A DNA stretch of 64,000 nt from an uncultured delta proteobacterium. Lineage in GTDB: Bacteria > Desulfobacterota > Desulfuromonadia > Desulfuromonadales > JACZKF01. Within the stretch, counting starts at the first letter, position 1. Every line of letters starts with the position of its first letter. The translations under genes were made by a program, and so were the position numbers. Below, piece after piece: positions 43,124 through 55,234 of the stretch. The notes below the pieces were generated by a model. It ran no database searches. It saw nothing but the letters and a program-made list of their open reading frames with translations, and was not told the origin of the DNA. The stretch is from the NCBI GenBank assembly GCA_963816395.1, contig CAWFKQ010000016.1, positions 192,001-256,000 of the forward strand. Direction: 5' to 3'.

Positions 43124-43500
43124 TGCACCCCGGCCCGCTGCTCCCAGTGGTATTCGGCGGGGATGGCAACCTCGGCCGCCTCGCTCCACAGCCCGTCCAG
43201 ATCGTAGAATTCCCGAACCGGCTCCTGGAAGACGTGCACCATCACGTCCCCGTAATCGATCAGTACCCAGCGCCCCTCGGTCATCCCTTCCACCGCCAGC
43301 GGCGGCGTGGAATGGTCCTTCTTCAGGCCGAGGCGGACCGCTTCGGCCACTGCCTGCACCTGGCGGTCGGAGCGGCCGGAAGCGAGCAGCAGGTAATCGG
43401 TCAGAGAGGAAATGCCGCTTACTTCCAGGATGCGGACATTAAAGGCTTTCTTTTCCAGCGCATAAGCGGCGCAGAGGAGGACCCGTTCTTTCGACTGCAA
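43120..43500 (-). CDS. rsfS: Ribosome silencing factor
   Basis: WVLIDYGDVMVHVF..REFYDLDGLW. Confidence 0.95.
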   Translation of the reverse strand: MQSKERVLLCAAYALEKKAFNVRILEVSGISSLTDYLLLASGRSDRQVQAVAEAVRLGLKKDHSTPPLAVEGMTEGRWVLIDYGDVMVHVFQEPVREFYDLDGLWSEAAEVAIPAEYHWEQRAGVQ

Positions 43501-43503
43501 TGG

Positions 43504-44237
<734 letters not shown>

Positions 44238-44245
44238 ATAGTCTT

Positions 44246-45503
44246 TCATTGCCTTATCTGCCCCTCTCCGAGGACGATGAACTTCCGGGTGGTGAGATCC
44301 TCCAGTCCCATCGGACCGAAGGAGTGCAGTTTGGTGGTGGAAATGCCGATCTCCGCTCCCAGCCCGAGCTGGTTGCCGTCGGAAAAGCGGGTGGAGGCAT
44401 TGACCATCACCACGCCGGAGTTCACCTCCTGCAGGAAGCGCTGGGCGTTGCCGTAGTCGCGGGTGACGATCGATTCGGTGTGCAGGGAGCCGTATTTCTG
44501 GATATGAGCGATCGCCTCATCCAGGTCTTCCACGACCTTCACGGCCAGGATCAACTCGAGGTACTCGGCTCCCCAGTCCTCCTCGCTGGCAGGTTTGACC
44601 TGCGGGGCGAATTCGCGGGTGATCGGGCAGCCGCGCAGTTCCACGCCGTGTCCGGTGAGGACCACGGCGATTTGGGGAACGAAAGTCTCGGCAATATCCT
44701 TGTGGATCAGCAGCGTCTCCGCGGCATTGCAGACTCCCGGACGCTGCACCTTGGCATTGACGCAGATCTTCGTCGCCATTTCGTAATCGGCACTGGCATC
44801 GATGAACAGGTGGCAAACCCCCTTGTAATGTTTGATTACCGGAATACGAGAGTTTTCGCTGACGAAACGGATCAGCCCTTCGCCGCCGCGGGGGATGACC
44901 AGGTCGAGCTCATCCTCCAGCTTGAGCAGCTCAAGGACCGCCTGGCGATCGGTGGTGGCGACCACCTGCAGGGCGGCAGCCGGCAGTCCCATCTGTGCCA
45001 GGATCCGTTTCAGCACGCCGCCGATGGCGTTGTTGGAGTGGAAGGCCTCGGAGCCGCCGCGCAGGATGACGGCGTTGCCGCTCTTCAGGCAGAGAGCGGC
45101 GGCATCGGCGGTGACATTGGGGCGTGACTCGAAGATGATGCCGATGACCCCCAGGGGGATGCGCATGCGGCCGACCTGGATGCCGTTGGGCCGGCGCCGC
45201 ATGCCGGTGATCTCACCCACCGGGTCGGGAAGGGCGGCCACTTCCCGCAGGCCGCCGGCCATGGCGCCGATGCGCTGTTCATCGAGGGCCAGGCGATCGA
45301 TCATGGCGGGAGCCAATCCCTTCTCGCGGGCGGCGGTCAGGTCCTTCTCGTTGGCCGCCATCAGGCTTTCAGCATTGTCCTCCAGGGCCTCGGCCATGCG
45401 CAGCAGCAGCTCATCCTTGACTGCCGAGGAGAGGGTAGCCATGATGCGCGAGGCGCTTCTTCGCCTCCCGGGCGAGGTTCAGCATGTCGTTGCGGACCGT
45501 CAT
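44246..45503 (-). CDS. proA: Glutamate-5-semialdehyde dehydrogenase, frameshift near the 5' end
   Basis: [24 protein letters not shown]. Confidence 0.97.
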
Positions 45504-45520
45504 GGATAAGCCTCTCAATC

Positions 45521-45576
45521 TTGAATTTCGGATTCGGTTGAATTTAATTCAAAATTAAGAATTCAGAATCCAAAAT
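45521..45576. repeat. Heptamer palindromic repeat, degenerate
   Basis: TTGAATT..ATTCAAAATTAAGAATTCAGAATCCAAAAT between proB and proA. Confidence 0.75.
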
Positions 45577-45581
45577 GTCCC

Positions 45582-46703
45582 TTACTTCTTCAACACCAGA
45601 TTGTCCCGGTGCACGATCTCGTCACTGTATTTATAGCCGAGAATATTTTCGATTTCCGAACTCTTCTTCCCCATGATGCGCAGCAGCTCGGAAAGGGAGT
45701 AATTGATCACCCCCTTGGCGAACTCGCCGCCGGTCTGGTCGCACAGACGCACTGCATCCCCCCGGTCGAAACCGCCTTCCACCCCGTTGATCCCCGAGGG
45801 AAGCAGGCTTCTTCCCATGTCCACCAGTGCCCGCTTGGCGCCGTCGTCGACGAACAGTTTGCCGCGCGGCTTTTTGGTAAAGGCGATCCAGTGCTTTCTC
45901 GCCGCCATCCGGTCGGAGGAGGGGAGGAACAGGGTGCCGAGTTCCTCGCCGTCGAAGAGGCGGATGAGAATATCCGGCAGCCGACCGTTGACGATCACCG
46001 CCCCGACGCCGCACAGGACCGCCTTCTTGGCGGCGCGGATCTTGGTGGCCATGCCGCCGGTGCCGAGAGTGTTGACGCTGGCGCCGGCCATCGCCTCGAT
46101 CTCGCCGGTGATCTTCTCCACCAGCGGCACCAGTCTGGCCTGCGGATCCTGCCGGGGATCGCAGTCATAGAGGCCGTCGACGTCGGAGAGGATGATCAGC
46201 AGGTTGGCCTCCACCAGACTGGTGACCATGGCGGAGAGGTTGTCGTTGTCGCCGAAACGGATCTCGTCGACCACCACCGTGTCGTTTTCGTTGATCACCG
46301 GCAAGACCTGATGCTCCAGCAGGGTCATCAGGGTGTTGCGGGCGTTCAGGTAGCGGCGGCGATTGGCCAGGTCGTCGCGGGTGAGCAGGACCTGGGCGAC
46401 GGTGCAGTCGGTGCCGCGAAAGGCGTCTTTATAGGCCCGCATCAGGCGGCTCTGGCCGATGGCGGCCGCCGCCTGCTTGAGCGGGATAGTCCGGGGGCGG
46501 CCAACGATCCCCAAGTCCCCCTTGCCGGCGGCAACGGCCCCGGAAGAGACCAGGACGACCTCATAACCCCGGCGGCGCAGCTCGCTGATGCCGCCGGCGA
46601 GGGAGTCGATAATCGCCAGGTCGAGACCGCGGCCATCGGAAATCACGCCGCTGCCGACCTTGATCACGACCTTGCGAATGTGAGTGAAAATGGTTTTGCG
46701 CAT
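45582..46703 (-). CDS. proB: Glutamate 5-kinase
   Basis: KVGS, VSSGAVAAG, NENDTV..FGDND, PUA domain. Confidence 0.98.
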   Translation of the reverse strand: MRKTIFTHIRKVVIKVGSGVISDGRGLDLAIIDSLAGGISELRRRGYEVVLVSSGAVAAGKGDLGIVGRPRTIPLKQAAAAIGQSRLMRAYKDAFRGTDCTVAQVLLTRDDLANRRRYLNARNTLMTLLEHQVLPVINENDTVVVDEIRFGDNDNLSAMVTSLVEANLLIILSDVDGLYDCDPRQDPQARLVPLVEKITGEIEAMAGASVNTLGTGGMATKIRAAKKAVLCGVGAVIVNGRLPDILIRLFDGEELGTLFLPSSDRMAARKHWIAFTKKPRGKLFVDDGAKRALVDMGRSLLPSGINGVEGGFDRGDAVRLCDQTGGEFAKGVINYSLSELLRIMGKKSSEIENILGYKYSDEIVHRDNLVLKK

Positions 46704-46785
46704 GGCCTTCGGAGTAAGGGAAGTTACGGAAATATCATGAGAAACCGGCGGCCATCTTACGCCGGGCGCCCGGCCTTGTCAAGGT

Positions 46786-47803
46786 TCATCCCGGCTCCTG
46801 CCGTTGCCGCTCCAGTTCCCGGCTGACCGCCGTCACCAGTTCCGCCACCCCCTCGCCGGTCACCGCCGAGATGGCGAAGACCGGGTAGCCGCGGGCGGTA
46901 AAAGCGGCAAGAATTGCCGGTGCTTGCTCCCGCACCTCGGTGATATCCATCTTGGTCAGCAACCACCAGCTGCGGTTTCTCCCGCAGTTCCGGCTTATGC
47001 CGGGCCAGTTCCCGGTTGATCAGGTCGAAATTGTCCAGGGGGTCGTCCTGCTGCAGGGGAGAGATGTCGACCAGGTGGAGGAACAGGTCGGTGCGCTCCA
47101 CGTGCCGCAGGAAGCGGGTCCCCAGCCCGTGACCCTCGCTGGCGCCGGCGATCAGGCCGGGGATGTCGGCCATCACGAAGGTTTTGTAGCCGCCGTAGCG
47201 CACCACCCCCAGGTTGGGGACGAGGGTAGTGAAAGGATAATCCGCGATTTTCGGACGGGCGGCGGAAACGGCAGCGATCAGGGTCGATTTGCCGGCATTC
47301 GGCGGGCCGACCAGGCCGACGTCGGCGAGCAGCTTCAACTCCAGGCGCAGCCAGCGCTCCTCGCCGGGCAGGCCGGGTTGGGTGTGGCGGGGCGCCCGGT
47401 TGGTGCTGGTGGCGAAGCGGGCGTTGCCGCGCCCCCCCTGCCCCCCCTTGAGGAGCGGGATGCAGGTGTCGGGGTCGGTGAGGTCGGCCAGCAGTTCGCC
47501 GGTCTCCTGATCGTACACCAGGGTACCCGGCGGCACCCGGATGACCAGCGGCTCGCCGCTTTTGCCGTGCATGTTCTTGCCCCGGCCGTGGGCGCCGTTC
47601 GGCGCCCGGTAATGGATCTTGTAACGGAAATCGAGGAGGGTGCCGAGACCGCTGTCGACGGTCAACAGAATGTCGCCGCCGTCGCCGCCGTCGCCGCCGT
47701 CGGGTCCACCCATGGGAATGAACTTTTCCCGGCGGAAAGAAAGGCAGCCGCGCCCGCCGTCCCCGGCTTTGGCGTGAATTTTGACCTCGTCGATGAATTG
47801 CAT
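46786..47803 (-). CDS. obgE: GTPase ObgE, frameshift near 46960
   Basis: [36 protein letters not shown]. Confidence 0.97.
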
Positions 47804-47889
47804 GGGAGAACCGTTAAATCGTCATTTGTTATTGGTCATTCGTCAGCATGGGACAAGTGACCTGACGGATATCCTTTTTTGTTTTTAAC

Positions 47890-47925
47890 AAAAAAGCCCG
47901 AAGTTCAGCGAACCCCGGGCTTTTT
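47890..47925 (-). terminator. Intrinsic terminator after rpmA
   Basis: AAAAAGCCCG..CGGGCTTTTT. Confidence 0.8.
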
Positions 47926-47945
47926 CCTTTTTTGGGCTGGCGGAG

Positions 47946-48200
47946 TCAGTCGGCGTAAATACTGACCTTCTTCTTGTCCCTGCCCTTGCGTTCGAAGGTG
48001 ACCACGCCGTCGATCAGGGCAAACAGCGTGTAGTCCTTGCCGCAGCCGACGTTGTTGCCCGGGTGGATGGTGGTGCCGCGCTGGCGGACCAGGATCGAGC
48101 CGGCGGTGACCTTCTGGCCGCCGAAGCGCTTCACGCCGAGGCGTTTACCGGCGCTGTCACGGCCGTTTCTCGAGCTGCCGACGCCTTTTTTGTGAGCCAT
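47946..48200 (-). CDS. rpmA: 50S ribosomal protein L27
   Basis: [16 protein letters not shown]. Confidence 0.99.
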   Translation of the reverse strand: MAHKKGVGSSRNGRDSAGKRLGVKRFGGQKVTAGSILVRQRGTTIHPGNNVGCGKDYTLFALIDGVVTFERKGRDKKKVSIYAD

Positions 48201-48212
48201 GGATCAGTCTCC

Positions 48213-48521
48213 TCAAGCTTCGATGCCTGTAATCTTCAGGCGGGTGATGGGTTGACGGTGTCCGTACAGCTTGCGCGTGGTCTTGCGTCGCCGGGAGTGG
48301 AAGACGAGGACCTTCTTGTCCTTGTCCTGCTCGACGATCTTCGCCTTGACTTTGGCGCCTGGCAATAGAGGCGTTCCGATTTTAACCTCTTCTCCGCCGA
48401 CCATGAGGACCTCGCTCAGCTCGATGGAATCGCCCACCGCGCCCTCGAGCTTTTCGACCTTCAGCAGGTCGCCCTCGGAAACTTTATACTGTTTTCCTCC
48501 GGTCTTGATCACCGCGTACAT
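48213..48521 (-). CDS. rplU: 50S ribosomal protein L21
   Basis: MYAVIKTGGKQYKV..GHRQ. Confidence 0.99.
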   Translation of the reverse strand: MYAVIKTGGKQYKVSEGDLLKVEKLEGAVGDSIELSEVLMVGGEEVKIGTPLLPGAKVKAKIVEQDKDKKVLVFHSRRRKTTRKLYGHRQPITRLKITGIEA

Positions 48522-48566
48522 ATGAATCTCACCTCGCTCTCATCTCTCTATTTTAGACAAGGGGGA

Positions 48567-48595
48567 ACTATAGCCCCGCCACGAATAGTTGTCAA
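48567..48595 (-). promoter_or_regulatory. sigma70 promoter for rplU
   Basis: TTGACA-N17-TATAGT. Confidence 0.8.
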
Positions 48596-48643
48596 AGGAA
48601 AAATCAGGCCAGAGCAAGTCAGGCCCGCTGACTTTTAACATCG

Positions 48644-50153
48644 CTAGCCGACGACGATCTCGTACTGCTCCAGGTGGAAGCCCGGCCGGGCGGTGACGGC
48701 GATCTGCTTGCCGAAGCGCTGTTCCAGTTCTTCGATGCCGGGCCGTTCCTCATCGAAGAGCAGGGCGGCGATGTCCGGATTCACCTGCAGGGTCAGGCGG
48801 TCGCCGGGCAGGTCGCGGATTTCCCGGCGCAGTTCGCGGAAGATCTCGTAGACCATGGTGGTGCGGCTTTTCACGTACCCCTTCCCCTCGCAGTAGGGGC
48901 ACGGCTCGCAGAGGGTGCGGCCGATGCTTTCGCGCACCCGCTTGCGGGTCATCTCCACCAGCCCCAGTTCGGAGATCTTGAGGATGTTGGTCTTGCTCTT
49001 GTCGCTCTTGAGCGCCTCCTCCAGGGCCGAGTGAACTTTCTCGCGATGCAGCTCCTTCTCCATGTCGATGAAGTCGATGATGATCAGCCCGCCGATGTTG
49101 CGCAGCCGCAGCTGGTAGGCGATCTCCTTCACCGCCTCCAGGTTGGTCTTGAGGATGGTATCCTCCAGGTTGTGCTTGCCGACGAAGCGCCCGGTGTTGA
49201 CGTCGACGGCGGTAAGCGCCTCGGTCTGTTCGATGATGATATAGCCGCCGCTCTTCAGCCAGACCTTGCGTCCCAGGGCGCGGGCGATTTCCACCTCGAG
49301 TCCGAAGGCGTCGAAAATCGGCTCCTCATCGTCGTACTGCTCGATCGCGTACTTGAGCTTGGGCATGAAGGTGCCGATGAAGCGCACGATCTTATCGTGC
49401 TCCTCCAGAGAATCGACGACGATGCGGTCGACCTCCTCGGTAAGGATGTCGCGCAGTACCTTGCTGGTGACGTCGAGGTCGGAATGGATCAGGGACGGGG
49501 CGCCCCGGTTTTCCCGGCGCTTCGCGATCTCCTGCCACAGGCCGATGAGGAAGCCCGTGTCGGCCTGCAGATCCTCCTCGCTCTTCCCCTCGGCGGCGGT
49601 GCGGACGATAAAGCCGGTTCCCCGGGGCCGAATCTGCTCAACGATGTCCCGCAGCCGGGTCTTCTCCTCCTCGTTCTCGATGCGCCGCGAGATTCCCACG
49701 TGATCGACGGTCGGCATCAGCACGAGATGCCGGCCGGGGAGGGAAATGTGGGAGGTGATGCGCGCCCCCTTGGTGCCGATCGGTTCCTTGGCCACCTGTA
49801 CCAGGATTTCCTGCCCTTCCTGCAGCAGGTCCTCGATGGGGGGAAGGGGTGCTTTCTACGGTCTCGTCGCTCGGCGGGGCCGCGTGCCGGTGGTCGCCAT
49901 CGATAAACTGTTCCACCGCCTCCATCTCATCGAGGACATCGGCCACGTAGAGAAAGGCCGCCTTTTCCAGGCCGATATCGACGAAGGCCGCCTGCATGCC
50001 GGGGAGCACCCGGATGACCTTCCCCTTGTAGATGTTGCCCACGATTCCCCGCTCCCGGCTGCGTTCGATATACAGCTCGGCGATGTGGCCGTTCTCCAGC
50101 AGGGCCACCCGGGTCTCGTGGGAGGTCTTGTTGATGACCAGTTCCTTGGTCAT
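48644..50153 (-). CDS. rng: Rne/Rng family ribonuclease (RNase G size), frameshift near 49850
   Basis: GNIYKG..AAFVDIG, DVNTG, GGLIIIDFIDM, CPYC. Confidence 0.93.
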
Positions 50154-50218
50154 AAAACCTCCAAATGATTAATCTATGAAAACGAGAAGCGAAAATTTTG
50201 TCGCCGCGGCGCCGCCGT

Positions 50219-52711
50219 TCAGCCGAAGACCACGCCCGTCTTGCGGATCCGCAGATCGCGCGCCTGGGCGGCGGTGAGACCGAGCAGATGGGCGGCAGTC
50301 AGGACCGGACTGCCGCGCCGCAGGCTCAGCAGCAATGTATTTTCCTCCACCAGGGCATCGACGACACCGGCGCGCAGGTCGATGGTCACCGTCTGCCGTC
50401 CCTTGTCCCTGGTCACGAGGACCGTTTCCCGGGCGAGAAAATCGGCCAGGCGGCGGGCAAGGTCGGCCGGCGCCGCCGGGGGAAGATCGATCCGGTAGAC
50501 GGTTTCCTTTATGGTAACAGAGGGGGAGGGGGTCTGCCAGGGGAGGACCGTCCCCTCCAGTACCCGGAAGCCGGCCGGCAGCTGGGCGTTCAGCGTCTCC
50601 ACCACCTCGCGGCCGGGACAGTGGCGGTTCAGCTCCAGATCGATGATCTCGGTCTCGCTCTCCACCCCGGTGGGCAGGGCGTCGGGAAAGGAAATGCGCG
50701 GCGCCGGGTGGAAGCCGGCGGAGAAGCGCACCGGCAGGCCGGCCCGGCGCACTGCCCGGTGAAAGACGGTCATGAATTCGAGATGGCTGACGAAGCGCGC
50801 CGGACCATCCTTGCGCAGCCGCAGGCGCACCTTGCAACGCTCCTCCTCGGCAGCCGGCGGGACCGGCGCTGCCGCCGGCAGAGGCATTTCCCCGCACTCC
50901 GCCAGGCGCATGCGCACCGCCTCGAAATCGCACACGCCGCAGCCGGTACAGCCGCCGCGGCAGTCGGCAGTGGCGGTGCCGGCCAGGGCACGGCGGCGCT
51001 CGGCCAGAAAGAAGGCCTTCGGCACGCCGCATTCGAGGTGGTCCCAGGGGAGGATTTCATCTTCCGTCCGCTCCCGCAGATAGCCGGCGGGATCGATGCC
51101 GACTTCGTCGAAGGCGGCCTGCCAGCGGGTGAAATCGAAATGGTCGCTCCAGCCGTCGAAGCGGCAGCCGCGGTCGACCGCCACCTCCAGGACCCGTCCA
51201 AGGCGCCGGTCGCCCCGCGCGAAGACGCCTTCGAGAAAGGACAGCTGGGCGTCATGCCATTTGAAGCGCAGCTTTTTCCGCTTCAGCCCCGCTCGCAGGC
51301 GTTCCTGGCGCCGCCGGGTCTCGGCGATGCCGATCTGCGCTTCCCACTGGAAGGGGGTGTGGGCCTTGGGAACGAAAGTGGAGACCGAGACATTGACGTC
51401 GGCGCCCCCTTCCGTCCCTTTGCCGGTGCGCTTTACCCGCGCCGCCAGTTCGATCACCGCATCCAGGTCGTCATCGGTCTCGGTGGGCAGCCCGGTCATG
51501 AAGTAGAGCTTGAGCAGGCGCCAGCCGAGGCTGAAGGCGGCGCCGCTGGCGGCGAGCAGGTCCTCCTCGGTGATCCCCTTGTTGATCACCTGCCGCAGTC
51601 GCTCCGTTCCCGCTTCCGGGGCGAGAGTAAAGCCGGTTTTGCGCACTTTGCGGATTTCCTCCATCAGCTCCGGGGTCAGCGAACCGACTCGCAGGCTGGG
51701 GAGCGAGACCGCTACTTTCTCCTCGGCATGGCGCGCCATGAGTGCTTTGAGCAGCGGCTCCAGGCAGCCGTAATCGCCGGTGGAGAGCGAGAGCAGGGAA
51801 ACCTCCCCGTAACCGCTGCCGGCCAGGGCGCCGTCGACGATCTCCGCCACCTTCTGCGGCGAGCGCTCGCGCACCGGCCGGTAGAGGAATCCCGCCTGGC
51901 AGAACCGGCAGCCGCGGGTGCAGCCGCGGGCGATCTCCACCGTCACCCGATCGTGCACGGTGTTCATGAACGGTACGATGGGGGAAGGCGGAAAGGGGGC
52001 GGTCTCCAGGTCGGCGAGAATGCGCCGGCGCACCCGCTCGTAGCCGGGCTGCAGGGGGCGGAGGGCGGCGATGCGGCCGTCCGGCCGGTAGTCGACAGCG
52101 AACAGGGAAGGCAGGTAGACCCCCTCGATGGCCGCCAGGCGCCGGAGCAGAGCGCTGCGTTTCTCGCCCGCCTTTTTGGCTGCCCGCACCGCTTCCAGCA
52201 CCTCCACCGCCGCCTCTTCGCCGTCGCCGAGGACGGCGGCATCGATGAAATCGGCCAGCGGCTCGGGGTTGAGGGCGCAGGGGCCGCCGACTATCACCAG
52301 CGGGTCGCTTTCGCCGCGCTCCTCCCGGCGGCGCGGGATGCCCGCCAGGTCCAGCATGTTGAGCAGGTTGGAATAGGAGAGTTCGTACTGGAGGGTAAAA
52401 CCGACCACATCGAACCGCCCGAGGGGCCGGTCCGTCTCCAGAGAGGCGAGAGGCTGGCCGGCGGCGCGCAGGTGCTCCTCCAGGTCCGGCCAGGGCGCGA
52501 AGACCCGCTCGGCGGCGGCCCATTCCAGCCCATTCAGTAAATGGTACAGAATGGCGAAACCGAGGTGGCTCATCCCCACCTCGTAAACATCGGGAAAGGC
52601 CAGAGCGAAAGTGACTTCCACCCCCTCGGGGTTTTTGCGGATGCTCCCCAGTTCGCCCCCGAGGTAGCGGGAGGGGCGGTTCACCCAGGGGAGAAATTCC
52701 TCTATGGACAT
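50219..52711 (-). CDS. Radical SAM protein (TIGR03960-like) fused to a radical-SAM-linked C-terminal domain (TIGR03936-like)
   Basis: FPDVYEVGMSHLG, RGCTRGCRFC, TLAPEAG; C-terminal FVSHLE..FSAGFHPAPRISF. Confidence 0.9.
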   Translation of the reverse strand: MSIEEFLPWVNRPSRYLGGELGSIRKNPEGVEVTFALAFPDVYEVGMSHLGFAILYHLLNGLEWAAAERVFAPWPDLEEHLRAAGQPLASLETDRPLGRFDVVGFTLQYELSYSNLLNMLDLAGIPRRREERGESDPLVIVGGPCALNPEPLADFIDAAVLGDGEEAAVEVLEAVRAAKKAGEKRSALLRRLAAIEGVYLPSLFAVDYRPDGRIAALRPLQPGYERVRRRILADLETAPFPPSPIVPFMNTVHDRVTVEIARGCTRGCRFCQAGFLYRPVRERSPQKVAEIVDGALAGSGYGEVSLLSLSTGDYGCLEPLLKALMARHAEEKVAVSLPSLRVGSLTPELMEEIRKVRKTGFTLAPEAGTERLRQVINKGITEEDLLAASGAAFSLGWRLLKLYFMTGLPTETDDDLDAVIELAARVKRTGKGTEGGADVNVSVSTFVPKAHTPFQWEAQIGIAETRRRQERLRAGLKRKKLRFKWHDAQLSFLEGVFARGDRRLGRVLEVAVDRGCRFDGWSDHFDFTRWQAAFDEVGIDPAGYLRERTEDEILPWDHLECGVPKAFFLAERRRALAGTATADCRGGCTGCGVCDFEAVRMRLAECGEMPLPAAAPVPPAAEEERCKVRLRLRKDGPARFVSHLEFMTVFHRAVRRAGLPVRFSAGFHPAPRISFPDALPTGVESETEIIDLELNRHCPGREVVETLNAQLPAGFRVLEGTVLPWQTPSPSVTIKETVYRIDLPPAAPADLARRLADFLARETVLVTRDKGRQTVTIDLRAGVVDALVEENTLLLSLRRGSPVLTAAHLLGLTAAQARDLRIRKTGVVFG

Positions 52712-52879
52712 GCCTTTATCTTCCAATATGGTTTTTCTACAAAACAGAAAAGATAACACAGCAGACGGGAACGGCTCAACACCTTTCCCCGCACCGTTTT
52801 CCGTAGTAGGCTATTACTGACTTGCGGCATCGCCTGTGCTATGCTCTGGCCCACCGATATTCCCTGCAAGGAGTTTCCT

Positions 52880-53602
52880 TTGGAACCGTTCGTCCGTTGT
52901 ACCGCCGACCTGCACGTCCATACCGTCGCTTCCGGGCATGCCTTCAGTACCATCGGCGAGATTGCCCAGGCGGCCGCCGGCAAAGGTCTGCAACTGGTAG
53001 GGCTCACCGATCACGGACCGGCGGTGCCCGGCGCCCCCCATCTCTACCACTTTCAGGCTCTGCGCTTCGTGCCGCCGGTGCTGCATGGGGTGCGCCTGCT
53101 GCGGGGGGTGGAAGCGAATATCGTCGATGGGGGGGAACTTGACCTGCCGGACGCCCTCCTCGAAAAACTCGACCTGGTGCTGGCCGCCTTCCACGAGGAC
53201 TGCGGTTTCGACGACCGGGGTCCAGCGGCGAATACCGAGGCGCTGCTGCGGTTGATGGAAAAGCCGCGGGTGAAGATCATTGCCCATCCGGGCAATCCGA
53301 ACTTCCCCCTCGACTATGAGGCGGTCGCCCGGCGCGGCGCCGAAACCGGCACCGCCCTGGAGATCAACAACGCCTCCTTCTCCATCAGCCGGCGAAACAG
53401 CGCCCCCAATTGCCGGACGATTGCCCGTCTCTGCGCCCGCTTCGGCACGCCGGTGGCGGTGGGGAGCGATGCCCACATCGCCCAGGCGGCCGGCGAGTTC
53501 GCCGACGCCCTGCAGGTCCTGCAGGAAGCTGGCGTGCGGCCGGAGCAGGTGGTCAACCGCTCCCTGGAATCGACCCTGGCTTTTCTCGATCTGGAGGCAT
53601 AG
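52880..53602 (+). CDS. PHP-domain phosphatase, YcdX-like
   Basis: DLHVHTVASGHAFST, TDHGP, AHPGNP, GSDAH. Confidence 0.9.
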   Translation: MEPFVRCTADLHVHTVASGHAFSTIGEIAQAAAGKGLQLVGLTDHGPAVPGAPHLYHFQALRFVPPVLHGVRLLRGVEANIVDGGELDLPDALLEKLDLVLAAFHEDCGFDDRGPAANTEALLRLMEKPRVKIIAHPGNPNFPLDYEAVARRGAETGTALEINNASFSISRRNSAPNCRTIARLCARFGTPVAVGSDAHIAQAAGEFADALQVLQEAGVRPEQVVNRSLESTLAFLDLEA

Positions 53603-53604
53603 CC

Positions 53605-54006
53605 ATGCCCGAGCGCCCAGCGGATGTCGAAGTGCTGCCGCCGGAAACCGGCGCCACCCCGCCGCGGCCTCCGCAGGAGGCGCGCACCTGGGCCATGCTC
53701 TGCCATCTGTCGTCCTACCTCGGCTACGTCTTTCCCTTCGGACATATTCTCGGCCCCCTGGCAGTCTGGCTGTTCAAGGGGGAGAAATTCCCCCTGGTCG
53801 ACGATCAGGGGAAGGAATCCCTCAACTTCCAGCTATCGATCACCATCTACCTGCTGGTCGCCGCCATCTTCATCCTGGTGGTGATCGGCTTTGCCCTGAT
53901 CGCCCTGATCGCCGTCTTTCACTTCATCGTCGTCATCATCGCCGCGGTCCGCGCCAAGGACGGAGAAAAATACCGTTATCCTCTCACCATCCGCTTCGTC
54001 AGATAA
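53605..54006 (+). CDS. DUF4870-like membrane protein
   Basis: WAMLCHLS..GPLAVW..GKESLNFQLS..YRYP. Confidence 0.85.
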   Translation: MPERPADVEVLPPETGATPPRPPQEARTWAMLCHLSSYLGYVFPFGHILGPLAVWLFKGEKFPLVDDQGKESLNFQLSITIYLLVAAIFILVVIGFALIALIAVFHFIVVIIAAVRAKDGEKYRYPLTIRFVR

Positions 54007-54034
54007 CGGCGCATAAACGCCCGGAGAAGACCTG

Positions 54035-54661
54035 ATGGAAAAACTGTTCAGAGGGATCGTCGAATTCCGCCGGGAGGATTTCGAGGGGCATCGGGACCTC
54101 TTCCAGGAGTTGGGGAGGGCCCAGAAGCCGCACACCCTGTTCATCGGCTGCTCCGATTCGCGGGTGGTGCCGAACCTGATCACCCGCACCCACCCGGGCG
54201 AACTCTTCGTGGTCCGCAACATCGGCAACATCGTTCCACCCTACCGGGTCACCGGTGAATTCGTGGCCACCACTTCCGCCGTCGAATACGCGGTTCAGGC
54301 TCTCGGCGTCGACAGCATCGTCGTCTGCGGCCACTCCAACTGCGGCGGCTGCGCCGCCCTGCACGCCGCCCCCGAAGCCCTCGATCACCTTCCCCACGTG
54401 CGCAAATGGCTCGAAGTCTCCCGGGAAGTCCCGGGACGGGTGGCCCGCCGCCTCGGGGAAGACGCCTCCCCCGAGGCGCGCGAGTGGCTGACCGAACAGA
54501 TCAACGTGACCGTGCAGATGCGCAACCTGCTGACCTATCCCTATATCAACGCAAGATACCAGCGGGGCGAGCTCAACATCTACGGCTGGCACTACATCAT
54601 CGAGACCGGGGAGATTTTCAACTACAACCCCGAGACCTCCCTTTTCGAACTGATCTCCTGA
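54035..54661 (+). CDS. Beta-class carbonic anhydrase
   Basis: CSDSR, RNIGN, CGHSNCGG. Confidence 0.95.
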   Translation: MEKLFRGIVEFRREDFEGHRDLFQELGRAQKPHTLFIGCSDSRVVPNLITRTHPGELFVVRNIGNIVPPYRVTGEFVATTSAVEYAVQALGVDSIVVCGHSNCGGCAALHAAPEALDHLPHVRKWLEVSREVPGRVARRLGEDASPEAREWLTEQINVTVQMRNLLTYPYINARYQRGELNIYGWHYIIETGEIFNYNPETSLFELIS

Positions 54662-54825
54662 TCTGATCAGCCCATCGTTGAGTTTCGGAACGGGCCGGCG
54701 GGCGGGTTTTTTCATAACAATGTTATACCATTTTTAGTAAAAAATACCTTGACTCAACCGTCTGGCGTGTTAGATTTCCGCTAGCGAACACATCTGTCCC
54801 GTTTCCCCGCCGATGGAGGCCCGTC

Positions 54826-55008
54826 GTGGAAGATCTGTGGAAGTTGCGTGCAATGGGTTTTCGCCTGGGCGATATGGCTGAACAGGCGGAGTACGACCGA
54901 CTGGTCAAGCGATTCCGGGAGGAAGAGCAGAAAACCAATCTGAACAACCTCCTGTTCGGCGAGAGCCATTTCTCCCCGCCGAAGCCCCGGACAAAACCGC
55001 AGAAGTAG
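54826..55008 (+). CDS. Hypothetical 60-aa protein
   Basis: GGAGG RBS, upstream TTGACT-N16-TAGATT, downstream hairpin. Confidence 0.55.
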   Translation: MEDLWKLRAMGFRLGDMAEQAEYDRLVKRFREEEQKTNLNNLLFGESHFSPPKPRTKPQK

Positions 55009-55196
55009 TCGGGGGGCCGGTTCTCCCCGGCTCCCTCCCTCTCCCGCCACACCCACTCGACTCCAAACTCCCCTCTTCCCTCCTTCCAGCGCCACGGCCT
55101 GCTCGTCGTGGCCGGAAGTGTTTTCCTTTTGCACCCAGGTATCCCAAAAAGGCAGGGACAAAATGCCCCGGTTTTCTCCGGGAGCTGGTCTGATTC

Positions 55197-55225
55197 TTGA
55201 CATTTTTTGAAAGAAAGAATATCAT
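55197..55225 (+). promoter_or_regulatory. sigma70 promoter for the Lrp-family gene
   Basis: TTGACA-N17-TATCAT. Confidence 0.7.
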
Positions 55226-55234
55226 TCACAAGAA

